Positions 43,217 through 56,379 of a stretch of DNA of 64,000 nucleotides are shown here, piece after piece (the first letter of the stretch is position 1; every line of letters begins with the position of its first letter). Origin of the DNA: the human T2T-CHM13v2.0 reference genome, Homo sapiens; NCBI RefSeq assembly GCF_009914755.1, contig NC_060932.1. The stretch is one strand, 5' to 3'. Both the position numbers and the translations under genes were made by a program. The notes beneath the pieces were generated by a model that was not told the origin of the DNA, searched no databases, and saw only the letters and a list, made by a program, of their open reading frames with translations.

Positions 43217-43819
43217 CTCAGGAAACTCAGGATATTTGGGTGATTTTAAAAAGAGAATAATTTACCCAAATCGATAGGTGTTGCAGACACAGTCTCATGA
43301 CGAGTCCTTGGTTTGATCTTCTAGCTTCAAGAGGCTTTTCTAAGTCCAATCTGGATTCATTATCAAAAATCCCAGCAAAACAAACTTAAAAAGAGCTAAT
43401 ATGGCTAATCATTATTCTTGTCTCGCCTGTGTAAATGAGGAGTAATTCAATTCAGTGTAATGGATATAAAAAAGGCTGAGGCAATCACCAACTGGATTTC
43501 TGTACCGGAGTGAGAGTCTATTGTTTCCAGGGTTCAGAGAGTTTCTTCACACCTTTTTAATATTTTCTCTTTTCTCATCAACAGCTTCAGAGATGAGAAA
43601 TCACTTTAGCACTTTCTGTCCAATTTTCCTTTTAGTACCATTCGTAGCTTCTGGGCATCCATCCTAGGAAACCAAAGTGCCCTAATGAGCTTCCTTAACT
43701 GCCTTAGAGTCCCACAATGTGTCCTCACCATCGTCCACCTCCTCATCAAATATGATATTTTTTCAACTAGCGATTGAGCAGAGTAAGACTGAGATAAATG
43801 TATCAATACTAAGGTGTTA

Positions 43820-44472
<653 letters not shown>

Positions 44473-44644
44473 TAAAGATAATTCTCCTTAGTCAAAAGAA
44501 ATGAGTTACCAAATGCAGCATATCAGGCATTGAGACTGGTTGATAAGGGAGAAGGTTTTAAAGGAGAACAGGAAAGAGCTTTGTATCCTATCTCACTGCT
44601 CAGGCAGGCGATCAGCCAAGTATCCACAATCCTAGACATATACT

Positions 44645-45007
44645 TGTATTAGTCTGTTTTCAGGCTGCTGATAAAAACATACCAGAGAATGGGAAATGTA
44701 TAAAGAAAAAGAAGTTTAACGGATTCACAGTTCCACGTGACTGAAGAGCCCTCACAATCATGGTGGAAGGTGAAAGGCATGTCTTACATGGAGGTAGGCA
44801 AGAGAGAAGTGAGAGCCAAGTGAAAGGGATTTCCCCTTATAAAACCATCAGATCTCATGAGACTTATTCACTACAACGAGAACAATATGGTGGAAATCAC
44901 CTTCATGATTCAATTATCTTCCACCAGGTTTCTCCCACAACACGTGAGAATTATGGGAGCTACAGTTCAAGATAAGATTCAGGTCGGGACACAGACAAAC
45001 CATATCA
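44645..45007 (-). mobile_element. THE1B-like solo LTR
   Basis: tgtattagtc...aaccatatca; perfect TSD atact/atact. Confidence 0.9.
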
Positions 45008-45994
45008 ATACTCTTCATCAGAAATCCACCTGTGGAAGGAAGTCTCTGGCCTTCTCAACACACTTAGTTATGTTCTTTATTCATCATCGAATGTATAACT
45101 TTTAAGAAGAGGTCATAAAAGACAAATACTTGTTTTTTTAAGTTGCTGAATAACTAAGAAAAATACCAAAAACCTGAAAAATCCATGACATTATGCAAAA
45201 TTATACAAATGCAAATATTCTTTCTTATTCTGAAAGGATTTGAGGCAGCATTATGATTCATTTTATTTGTTCTTGGAATAACTAAATTTGGTATGACACT
45301 TTTAAACAGTATATTTAATTGTCATTTTATGTCATATTGTGACACAACAAACTTTGAGTTTTCTTTAGTTTTTAAAAATGAAGTGTATATTTTTACCTTC
45401 ACATTTTTTGCCTGCTTCTTGTAAACAAGAAAATGCTATCACTGTTATATTAAAACAGAACTTACTAACAGCATGGAAAATAGTAAATTACATGTGACTG
45501 AAGTTTATTCAATAAAGTTTATTCTCCTTTACTTTTTTGGTTTCTTTTCTAAAAATGAGTGTTTTGTATAGTTATTCAGAACAATGGAAAGCACTAATAG
45601 TGGTTTGGCTTCATCAGAACACTGAAGGCTTGCTTGAATTATAAAGCAAATTTTCTACCCTTCAATTATGGCGTGTTTCCTGATTTGGACTGAATAATTT
45701 AATTATCCCTAATTTTATCCCTAATTTGGAGAAAATGAGTAAACTGCAGCAAAAATAAGTCAAGTGAAGTCAAGAACTGGAGGCATCCAAAGCTATCCTG
45801 CTATGTCAACAGGAGGCACTGGAGCAGTGAAGCCCGTTCTGTTCCTGGGGAGTCCACATATTACCAGTCTGTGCACTGTTTAGTAAAATCCAGTCATTCT
45901 TTTATTATTTTGTTATTCTGTATTATGCAAAATGTTAAAGTTTCCTCCTAAACAGCATATTCTAAGTATTCTACTCTTTAAAAATCCTAATTTG

Positions 45995-46795
45995 TATCTT
46001 TATAATAGAATGATTTATATTCCTTTGGGTATATACTCAGTAAAGGGATTGCTGGGTCAAATGGTACTTCTGGTTCTAAATCTTTGAGGAATCACCACAC
46101 TGTCTTCCACAATGGTTGAACTAATTTACATTTCCACCAACAGTGTAAAAGAGTTCCTATTTCTCCACAACCTCACCAGCATCTGTTGTTTCTTGACTTT
46201 TTAATAATAGCCATTCTGACTGGCGTGAGATGGTATCTCATTGCGGTTTTGATTTGCATTTCTCTGATGATCTGTGATGTTGAGCTTTTTGTCATATTTG
46301 TTAGTCGCATGTATGTCTTCTTTTGAGAAGTGTCTGTTTGTGTCCTTTGCCCACTTTTTGATGGGGTTGTTTGTTTTTTCTTGTAAATTTGCTTAAGTTC
46401 CTTTTAGACTCTGGATATTAGACATTTGTCAGATGGGTGGAGTGCAAAAATTTTCTCCCATTCTATAGGTCGTCTGTTTGCTCTGATAATAGTTTTTTTT
46501 GTTTGTTTGTTTGTTTTTGCAGGAAAAGAAAACCAAATACCACATGTTCTCACTTATAAGTGGAGCTGAACAAGGAGAACACATGGACACAGGGAGGGGA
46601 ACAACACACACTGGGTCCTGTCAGGAGAGGTCAGTGGGGCAGAGCATCAGGAAAAATAGCTAATGCATGCTGAGCTTAATACCTAGGTGATGGGTTGATA
46701 GGTGCAGCAAACCACTATGGCACATGTTTACCTGTGTAACAAACCTGCATATTCTGCACATGCACCCCAGAGCTTAAAATAAAAATAATTTTTAA
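45995..46795. mobile_element. 5'-inverted L1PA 3' fragment (antisense ~45995-46495, sense ~46517-46790)
   Basis: Antisense ORF2 C-terminal segment joined to a sense 3' UTR and A-tail; flanks aaaaatcctaattt / aaaaatctaattt. Confidence 0.85.
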
Positions 46796-46879
46796 AAATC
46801 TAATTTATGTATTCATCCACATTTCTGTTTTTGAATCTTAGAATCAGGTAATTTACAGCAACTTGAAAAAGCTCATGTA

Positions 46880-47300
46880 CTTTTTAATTTATCCAAAACT
46901 TAGCAGCTTAAACAATAATACAAGTTTATTCTCTCATGCAGTTTCTTTGGGTCAAACATTTGGTAGCAGCTCAACTAGTGACTCTGGCTCCAGGTCTCTT
47001 ATGAAGTTGCAGTCAGTATGTTAGCTGGGGATGCTGTCATCGATGGCTTGACTAGGGCTGAAGGAGCTACTTCCAAGGTAGTTCACTCACATGGCAATTA
47101 GCAAGAGGCCTCAGTTCCAGGCCATTTGGACCTCTCCCTCAAGTGGCTTGTGTGTCTCATGACAAGGCAACTGGCTTCCCACAAGTAATCTGAGAAAGAG
47201 GGGTGCAGAGCAGCAATGTTTCTTATGACATCATTTCAGAAGTAACAAACCATCATTTCTGCAGTATCTTATTGTTTACACTGGCCATCTGTATTGAATG
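46880..47300 (-). mobile_element. MLT1-family LTR
   Basis: ccaaaacttagcagcttaaacaa...gttgcagtcag...ggcttgactagggctgaagga. Confidence 0.7.
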
Positions 47301-48012
47301 TAGATTTTAGAAGCACAATATGTCCATATCTCATTACCACCCCAAAAGGATCTGGTGGTAACACTTATCCTAAATCCATTAAAATTTCTTCTGCAAAGAG
47401 AGGAATATTCTTGGCTTGGTCTTAGGTTTTTTTATACTTAAGGATTTTGAGATTATGGAGAAGGTATTGCAGGCCTGTACAATTCACATTTCTTTTTCTT
47501 TTTCCTGTATATAGGTCCACAGCTGAGTTATCAAACTACTTATTTTACCCCAAGTCACTTAGAAAAAAAACAGTCTAGTCCCAATGCCAAGTCTGCTGTA
47601 GAGTTTTATATAGAACTATTTTTATTACATAAATATTAGAAATAACTTAAAGATATCACATTAATAAATGTAAATGTTTTATTAATAAATCTTAAATGTT
47701 TTAGTCAGCATTATAAAAACATTAAAAATCCAAAAGTATTTAATTATTTAAAAAAAAGCCTTGGAAAAACTAGAACTCTTTGTCTTGAAATTTTCCAGGC
47801 TATCACACCTTTAATTATAGTCCAAAAACGTATGTCACTAATTATAGCCATTCAAAGCAAAAACAAAGAGAGTGTACACTCAACTTGGAAGCAGTAAAAG
47901 CTACTTATCTCATTTACAATTAGGAATGATTCAGGTGAATGATATATTGTTGGACAGTACTGTAGACTTTATTTTATAGTAGCAGGTCAGAGTAGAATAA
48001 TTATGTGCTTTT

Positions 48013-48415
48013 TGTCACGGAGAGCAACAACTATCTAGGCCCAGGGTGCGGGGGTAAAAGAATTTAACAAGAGAGTTATAGGTAGAAAAAGGGAGATTTG
48101 TTAAAGAAAGTGAGAAAATATTGCGAGTAGGCAATGGGTAGGGTCAGCAGAAGAGAAGTGGAGATTGTATAGAAGAGTGTTTATGATGCATGCTGAAGAG
48201 GGCTTTGTGCAGTACCGATAATGCCAAGGTGGCAGTGAGCTAACATGGAGATGTTTGGTGATAGTTGGGTGCAGGAAGATTGTGAGTTATTTGTGCAAGA
48301 GGGCTATGTGTCCTGGACCATGAAGAAACGCAAACATAATAGCTGATCTGCTTCTTCTTTTTGCTTTTCTGTGTCCCTGCCAGTCTGACTTTCTTTCCCT
48401 AATTAGGACTCCACA
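48013..48415 (-). mobile_element. MER61-like ERV1 solo LTR inserted in a MIR
   Basis: Reverse complement begins TGTGGAGTCCTAATTAGGGAAA and ends ...GTGACA. Confidence 0.7.
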
Positions 48416-50249
48416 CTTTGGAGTCAAATGGGTACAGCTGTGAATACTTAGTTATGTCTGACCTTCAACAAGTGACAACTTCCTTGAACTTTATCTATAG
48501 ACAGGAGATGACATCTAACTTTCAGGTTAATTAGAAGAAATAGAAAGAATTTTAGTAGTGTTAGTAATGCAGGTTCTGCCAGCTTGTATAGACTCAAAAA
48601 GTTAGCTTTTATTGTTATTTACGTAATAACATTCCTGAAAATTTGGGTATATGTTAAGTTTCCTAGATACTGAATCACATCTAAAATACATTTGGCAATT
48701 TGACTGTAATAAAATTCTTTGTTAATTTTTATTTGGAAAGAGGACAATCCTTCAAGTGACCAATGAGTTGGTCTAGAAATTTAAAAATATTAGGATGAAC
48801 TTCAGTGGGGGGACAACACACCCATGCCAGCCATGGGTATCTCTGGTCTTCATGAAAGAAGAAATTAAAAGTTTTCCTAGCCTTTTGCTCTGCCCTTTCA
48901 GATTCAGTTACAGATAGAAGGGAATCTGGGCTAGTGCCAGGGACAATAAACATGAATTTATCCTTAGATACAGTGCAGTGTGTACAAGGTTAGATGTCTA
49001 GCACAGGATTTTGACATTATGTGATACAGCTTTTGTTATGCTAATGGACCTCATTCATATGCTGATAAGAGTTCCACATGGCTAGTGGCAGAGGAATGCC
49101 TTTAAATTAATGTAAAGGGCAGTTGTAAGTTTTAATTTACTACAACCTGCTCAGCCCAATGTATGTGCTATTCTCATCATAAATTTAACTATGGTTACAT
49201 TGCTTGAGTAGATAATTAGAACGCACACCATTACCCTTACATTGAGTACAATATGCATTTTGTTTTCAGCCATACTTGTTTTAACAGTCTAATAAGTAAA
49301 TGAAATTTACAATGCAGTTTTCATCAAGGTGCATACAGTGATATTCCATCTCAGCAACGGAGGATGTTGGAGATTATCTGGTTCCACCCCTTCATTTTGC
49401 CAGTAGGAAAATTGCTCCAAAGAAGAAAGGGAATTTCCCCAAGGTCACACAGCTCCTGAGAAGCAAGCTGAGGCTGGAACTCTTGTGTCCTGCTCCCAAG
49501 TTAATTCTCTTTCCTCTTTATTTTATATCAAAATAGAGAAAATGTGAAAACATTAAATAGGAGAACTCAAGTTTCTTTTTCTCATCCACTCACAGTTTCT
49601 TTTAAATAATTTGAAACATTCTGCCAACTTTCCCATGGAGTATAAATTATCTGCTGAATAACCAAGGGATTTGTTGAAGGGCTTTGGGATAGAAATTTCT
49701 TCCTTTCTTTGCATGCTCTCTAGGCTAATTCCACATCATCTCATGCAAAGACTATTACAATGACCTCATCTCCCTACTTCTGGTATCTCCTCACTCCCTC
49801 CCAACCTGAAAAAGAGCCACGATCAATTCATTCATTCAATTCCATTCCAGCTATCTACACTGGATGAGGTGCTGTTATACTGATGGCCATGCTGCAATGA
49901 CAATAAAGAAACCAGGTGCTATGTTTTCCTTGCAGAATCCTGAAGGCTTCTGTCCACAGCAGCCCAGCCCAACTCCTCTTTTGCAATGCAATAACTACGT
50001 AATTTTGGTTTTTTAAAATTTTTTCCTAATTATATTCCTGGGTGCCATCTCGAGGCACTGAATCAAAATCATTGGTTTAAAAATCTGCATTTTAAACAAG
50101 CTGACCCCAGATGATTCTTAGGGAAGTTTGCAACTCACAAGTCTACAAAAATCAATGTCTGTGCCATTCACTTGTCACTTACCACACAACACCATTTTAC
50201 TATTTGTCATTTTACAAGTGAATAAAATATTTTATGTATTGCACAGTTG

Positions 50250-50557
50250 GCTTCTTCTTCTTCTTTTTTTGACAGCCAGGGTTTCACTCTGTCACCCAGG
50301 GTGGAGTGCAGTAGTGCTATTGTGCATGGCTCACTCCAGACTTGACCTCCTGGGCTCAAACGATCCTCCCACCTCAGCCTCCCCGGTAGCTGGGACTATA
50401 TTTGTTCATCACCATGCCCAGCTAAATTTTTATTATTTGTAGAAAGTGGGTCTCCCAATGTTGCCCAGGCTGGTCTGGAACTCATGGGCTCAAGTGATCT
50501 TCCTGCCTTGGCATTCCAAATTGCTAGGATTGCAGGTGTGGGTCACCGCACCCAGCC
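50250..50557 (-). mobile_element. AluJ
   Basis: Antisense dimer with gacctcctgggctcaa. Confidence 0.88.
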
Positions 50558-50814
50558 AACTTCTTAATGATAGTGGCTCTCCTTTCACACTTTTCTGTAT
50601 GTTTCCCTAGCACCTAGCACCACTTATTAAATAGATTAGCTATCTGGTTTATTAAGTTACCTTATCGTTAGATGTGAAGGAATATTATTTGTTCTTGATA
50701 CACATGTTCCCCAGGAAAGCAGCACAAAGTTTTATTTTTTGTTTTTACAAAAGTCTACTTTGCAAAGATGTCAAATATAATAATCAGAAGATCTGTGAGA
50801 ACACAAATGAGGCT

Positions 50815-51332
50815 ACAGTACCATGGTTATAACTTCTCAATATCATCCCCTCTTCTCTTCCTATCCACCCTGGGTTTATTGGATAGCTCTGTTCCTTGCC
50901 CTCAGCTTATGAGCTTTGTCCTCAGCTGATTATACCCCTGCTCTAGAGTAGTATATGTGCCTCAGGACTAAACTAATCAGCATGATCCTGTCTCCTGGCC
51001 TCAGTATATTCAGGGATGCATTTTACTCAATTACAGATGGTAAGACACAAAGAGAGATTGGCTGAGACCTGCCAGCAGGTGAAGCTTTCTGCATATGGAA
51101 GAGAAAGCATGTAACCTTGACAGCAACCAGTCTTATCATTAGCAGATGCTGTGGAAGGCAGAGCAGAGATGGAAAGAGTCCCTCATGATCCCAACGAGTA
51201 GATGAATCAAACCATTCCTGAAGCCTACTTTATCTTGGACTTTTCTAATTGTAAGACAATTATCCCTTTTTATTATTTAAGTCACTTTGAGCTGATTGTT
51301 CTGTTACGTGACCAAAAGCATCCTGAATGACA
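50815..51332 (+). mobile_element. Old MLT1-family LTR
   Basis: atcaaaccattcctgaagcc...tggacttttc...aaaagcatcctgaatgacaca end. Confidence 0.6.
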
Positions 51333-51639
51333 CAGATAAGGACCATATTTATCTTTTTCACTGCTATGTCCCCAAGGCCTACATGGTACATATGCAAAGT
51401 AGATAGTTAAGAAATATTTTTGAGTGAACATACATTCTTGTTTTCCTGGTGGAATAAATAACTACAATACATTCAGAACCTGTCATAGTTTGCTAGAGAG
51501 TACCGCTCATGGAGTCTAATATACTAAGCTACATATTCATGTATTGATTCCATCCCATACTCCAAGGGCTGTGTTATTTCTGGAAATATAGAGATTTTTA
51601 ACAGGGAAGATGAAAGGAATTCACGCTTGCTGACTAATT

Positions 51640-51815
51640 TTAAAAGTTCAGCACTGTGCTAGGTGCATTTATATAAATGTTCTCAATTAACCCTCACAAA
51701 AAAACAAACAAAATTATCTCAGGATGATTAAGTGCTTTGACCAAAACCTGCCTAGCACTATGTGAGGAAATTGACATCCAAACTCAGGTTCCTGCCCTTT
51801 CTCCTATGCCACAGT
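51640..51815 (-). mobile_element. MIR remnant overlapping the end of the relic terminal exon
   Basis: gcactgtgctaggtgcattt...ccctcacaa...gattaagtgctttgaccaa...ccaaactcagg...tatgccacag. Confidence 0.55.
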
Positions 51816-51957
51816 TTGGTGTCTGTGTCCAAGAACCTCAAGGGCTTGTCAACCTTCACTAGGGGGCTGGCGAGAGAGAGAGCACTGCAGAAGAGGTTAG
51901 AGGCTTCACAGTTTATCTTCTGCAGCAGGAGCTCAGTCATTCTTTCTTCCAAGGTCG
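51758..51957 (-). pseudogene. Relic terminal exon G
   Basis: Acceptor TATTTTCCCCTTCAG|CG after a 180-nt intron; in frame with exon F: (A)TLEERMTELLLQKINCEASNLFCSALSLASP... Confidence 0.6.
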
Positions 51958-52137
51958 CTGAAGGGGAAAATACAAGCCTTTGCCTCAGAGAAAGAATGAT
52001 GTTTGTTAGTCACGATGCTTTTTTCCTTCTTTCAATATTTAATTGGAGCTAGTTTTTAGCTTCTGTGACTGCCAAATGACCATGAGGTCAGTTGCCCTGC
52101 TGTGGGGTTTTCAGCCAATTCATGAGGGTTATCTTAC

Positions 52138-52723
52138 CTGACACGGGTTCTGTTATAATGGGAAGGGTTGTCACATCCTATTCATTTTCTGTTTTTGAGC
52201 TCACTGAAGCAAATTTGGTTAAACTACTCCGCTGCCCTCAATACTGTCCCTTCCCAGATTTTTCTTTCAGCAGCCCCACTTTGATATGCAGAGAGAGCTT
52301 GTCCTGGTCAAGCTGTTTCCTGCCTCATTGGATTTCCCCCAACACCGGAATGTGCTCTTCAGCATCCGTCAGCGTGGGGAGTGCCAGATCCGCAGCAGCT
52401 GCACAGCCAGCTGCTGAAGGATTGCAGGCAATATGGGTGAGGACCTTGTCAGACCTGGCTTCACAGCCATCACCATCAAACACCCTCTCCTGTTCCACGA
52501 GGCTGTTATGTGCTGTGCTGCTCTACTTGGCAGTCGCTTTAATTTCTTCTCAGCAGCAGACACCATTGTTCAGTGGCAGATAAATGTCTTGAAATGAGTC
52601 TCTGGGCAGCCCTGCTCTTGAGTGAGAAGGCACATCCACTTGGAGTTCTTTCACCCGGAGGGGAAGCAGGGCTTGACAACTTCATTAGCACTTAGAAGCC
52701 ACCACAGGGCTTGGGGATCAGAG
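52138..52723 (-). pseudogene. Relic exon F (586 nt)
   Basis: Long pyrimidine tract then CCCAG|CTC; donor CAG|GTAAGA; phase 0 to 1; GC-richer unique sequence; 8 in-frame stops. Confidence 0.6.
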
Positions 52724-53287
52724 CTGGGTGAAGGCATGGACGAACAAAAAGAATGAATGGAAGTGGGGATATTCAAAAAGAAAGGAGAGAACTAAAGATC
52801 AAGGAGGGCGGTAAAGAAGTCATGTGACTTGCAGAAGTATAGGAACATGACCTACATGTGCATGGGGTCTCTTATTCTCTCTCTCAGTTGCAATCATTCA
52901 CAGCCTTTTCACTCATGTTTGCCACCAGTCTGTTTTCTGCACTAATCCTGCAGCTTATATCACAACTAGAAACCTCATTATCATTGCAGCTGAGGGCTGG
53001 AATTCATCTCAATTTTGTAGGACCATGTTCCAGAGATGAGCCTAGGACTTCCTAACACTCTTTTTCCCATTTTTGAAACTAATTAATTTATTTTAGGGTG
53101 TTTGTAAAAAGTTCAGACATGTAATAATTGTAAATGTGTATGGGGTCCAGAGTGACGTTTCAATACATGTGTACATTTGATGCTGCAGCTTCCCCCAGAC
53201 CCTCACCAAGTGTCCCAGTTCAATGTCTAGGTTTCTACCTTAGGTCCCCCTTCTGACCTCAGCTACTTAATAGCACAGAGGTCCTGT

Positions 53288-53377
53288 TTAGATTCCTGGA
53301 TTAGTGGTGCACAGGGCACTACACAATTCCCATTTAGATTCCTGGATTAGTGGTACACACAGCACTACACCATTCCA
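53288..53377. repeat. Two-copy tandem duplication of ~45 bp
   Basis: tttagattcctggattagtggt(g/a)caca(gg/ca)gcactacac(a/c)attcc occurs twice. Confidence 0.85.
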
Positions 53378-53919
53378 AGTGATGCTCTTCATGCTGCAGT
53401 GCGTGTGAATGTTGTTTTTGGGAGTTGCACTTGAACCAACTAAGTGACCTTCAGCCCTCTTGCCAATATCCCAATAGTCCTATTGTAGGAGGGGGGTTAT
53501 GCCTTTTCATCCCAGAGCTTGGCTAGGCTCCTTTTGCAACGAATCACATGTCTACCTCACTTATTCATAGAAGTGCTATATTGGGCCTCTCAGATGGAAA
53601 CCTTCCTTCCAAATTATGGAGCTTGGCCTGAACCAGGCAAAATCCTCTAATATCCTTGGATTCTGTTCCCCACAACTGGACCTCCCATTAGGAACATGAT
53701 ACTATAGCTAAGTTCTCCTCTCAGCTTTGCCCCATCCAGCCATGAGATGCTCTTGCCCAACAGCTGGGTCCTGGAGGCTGCCATAGGACCAGGAGCCCAG
53801 CCTGGCCATGATGTTCTCTTCTCCACCCCAAGGCCCCTCAGTGGGCAGAGCATCTTTTGCAGCACAGACATCCTCAGGCCACTCCTCTGCTTAAGATTCT
53901 TTAGCGGCTTCCTACTGCC

Positions 53920-55700
53920 CTCAGAAGGAAAACAAATTAAAAAGATAAAATCAAAGCAAATTTAAAAACTGATCAATTCCAATCAAAAGTAGATGTTCTA
54001 ACAAATAAAAGTGAAAAATATTTGGCTAATTTACTTAAAAAAATAAGAAAGTACAAATATAGAAGAATTATACATTTACACACATACACACAAATATACA
54101 TATATATAGTTACGTGTAGTTTTATAAATGTAAACTTATGCTTATACACATATATAACCTCAGTACTAAAATTAGGGATCTTGATAACAACTATATTTAA
54201 AGTTTTTTAAATGACTCTAATAGAGGAAGAAAAATAAAACAAAAATGTGAAGAAAGTTTTACAAGTTTATGAAAAAATAACCTCTAGGAAAGATGTCCCT
54301 GGGCATCACAGGAATTATTTCAAAGATTTAAGGAACCAATTATCCCTGTACTATTTAAATGTTTCAAAGGATTCAAAAGAACTGAAAACCTTTAAATTTC
54401 ATTTTACTGAGTATACTTTGATATTAAAATCTGATTAGATTGTTTTAAAAATAAAACATTTTGACCAGAGTGACTTATCAATATAGATGTCAAATATGTT
54501 AAAAAAAAAAAGTAACGCTCACTGGTCATTAGAGAAATGCAAATTAAAACCACAATGAGATACCATCTCACACCAGTTAGAATGGCAATCATTAAAAAGT
54601 CAGGAAACAACAGATGCTGGAGAGGATGTGGAGAAATAGGAACACTTTTACACCATTGGTGGGAGTGTAAATTAGTTAAACCATTGTGGAAGACAGTGTG
54701 GCGATTCCTCAAGGATCTAGAACCAGAAATACCATTTGACCCAGCAATCCCATTACTGGGTATACACCCAAAGGATTATAAATCATTCTACTATAAAGAC
54801 ACATCCACACGTGTACTTATTGCAGCACTATTCACAACAGCAAAGACTTGGAACCAAGCCAAACGCCTACCAATGTTAGACTGGATAAAGAAAATGTGGC
54901 ACATATACACCATGGAATACTATGCAGCCATAAAAAAGAATGAGTTCATGTCCTTTGCAGGGACATGGTTGAAGCTAGAAACCATCATTCTCAGCAAACT
55001 AATGCAGGAACAGAAAGCCAAACAACACATGTTCTCACTCATAAGTGGGAGTTGAACAATGAGAACACATGGACACAGGGAGGGGAGCATCACACACCAG
55101 GGCCTGTCGTGGGGTGAGGGGATAGGGGAGGTAGAGCATTAGGAGAAATAGCTAATGGAGATGACGGGTTGATGCGTGCAGCAAATCACCATAGCTTGTA
55201 TATACCTATGTAACAAACCTGCACGTTCTGCACATGTATCCCAGAACTTAAAGTATAATAAAAATAAATAAATAAATAAAAAGTGATGCTAAATAAGAGC
55301 TAATAAACTTGTAAGTATATTAAAGGAATAATGCCCTTTGTCAGGTAAGGTTTAATCTAAGAATATATGGATAATTAAATATTAGAAGACTTATGAACAT
55401 AATGTATGATATTAGTAAATTAAAAGAAAAAGTATACATTTGATAGAGTTTTATTCCAGTTTTTTAAAATTAGTAAACTAGGAGTCAATAAATATATCCT
55501 TAATATGATAGGAAACAATCATAAAACAATGGCGAACATCTAACCTGGCAGTGAGAATTCTAGTCATATTCTAAGTCAGACATAAAATGAAAAAAGCCCC
55601 TTTTACTGCTGCTATTATTATGGACATTTTAGTCACTGTAAAAAGATAAAATAAATCTAGATTTCTTAAAAAGAGAGAAATATTATCAATTCTTATGTTG
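53920..55700 (+). mobile_element. Very old sense L1 fragment hosting the L1PA insertion
   Basis: A-rich degenerate ORF2-like text on both sides of the L1PA. Confidence 0.5.
54518..55280 (+). mobile_element. L1PA 3' end (ORF2 C-terminus and 3' UTR)
   Basis: ORF 54537-55055 [22 protein letters not shown]... is the L1 ORF2p C-terminus; TSD aaaaagtaacgct / aaaaagtgatgct. Confidence 0.93.
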
Positions 55701-55883
55701 AGTTTTCTAGAGTAAGGAATCAAGCACTTTTATTATCTGGTAATAAGAAAGTTTATGATAAAACATTTCAGACAATTTGGTAATGGATACTGAAAACTTT
55801 GGAAATATATATAAAATTCTTCAATTTCAAAGTAGCAAAAATAAATGTGAGCATTTACTTAATTCAGTGTTTTCAATATTTAC

Positions 55884-56028
55884 ATAGGTAGAAATTGAGA
55901 TGATAGAGCTATGTATGTGGATATGTGGGTTGCGCTATAGAGAGGCAATAGAAGATGGTGACATGTTAATAGTGGTTGCAGGTAGTGGAACTGCTGAAGT
56001 AGAATTTTCAACAAGGTGAAAGCCATGA
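55884..56028 (-). pseudogene. Candidate relic exon E (145 nt)
   Basis: Acceptor TTTTGTATTTTCACGAG|T, donor TAT|GTAAAT; phase 2 to 0; S/T/P-rich HGFHLVENSTSAVPLPATTINMSPSSIASL*RNPHIHIHSSIISISTY. Confidence 0.4.
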
Positions 56029-56379
56029 CTCGTGAAAATACAAAATAAACACATGTCCAAGATTTTGTTCCAATTATTAAGCAATGAGGGCACCAGTAAT
56101 ATATTAAGACTGATTCAAAGAATGTTTGAGGAGCCAGGTATTCTTTATAGGTAATTGAATAAAGGAATTCTAGGATATTATTGCTCAGCTGCATACAAAA
56201 TTAGCTAAAAATTTAGAACCCAAAATGATTACTGGTGTTTCTCTTTCCTACTGGACAGACCTTATTTGTATCTCTACTGAGAAAAAAAAGCAACAAATTA
56301 ACTTGTTACTTTACTAGTCTGAGGCCCATAGTGAACAGTGAGTGGAACAAAGTTCTTTCCCTTAGATTTATGTTTTTCA

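Noticed and set aside
48230-48262. p53 response element in the MER61-like LTR
   Set aside because: No convincing pair of RRRCWWGYYY half-sites in this copy
51758-51815. LWHRRKGRNLSLDVNFLT as the true C-terminus of the relic protein
   Set aside because: It overlaps a MIR-like remnant, so it is probably read-through past a lost ancestral stop
52092-52583. 163-aa plus-strand ORF as a gene
   Set aside because: TTG start and no recognisable domain; it lies antisense to relic exon F, whose splice signals and codon bias are on the minus strand
54537-55055. 172-aa ORF as a host gene
   Set aside because: It is the C-terminus of L1 ORF2p within a 5'-truncated L1PA
55880-56194. 104-aa minus-strand ORF as a standalone gene
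   Set aside because: No recognisable product; a different frame in part of it fits the relic exon chain better
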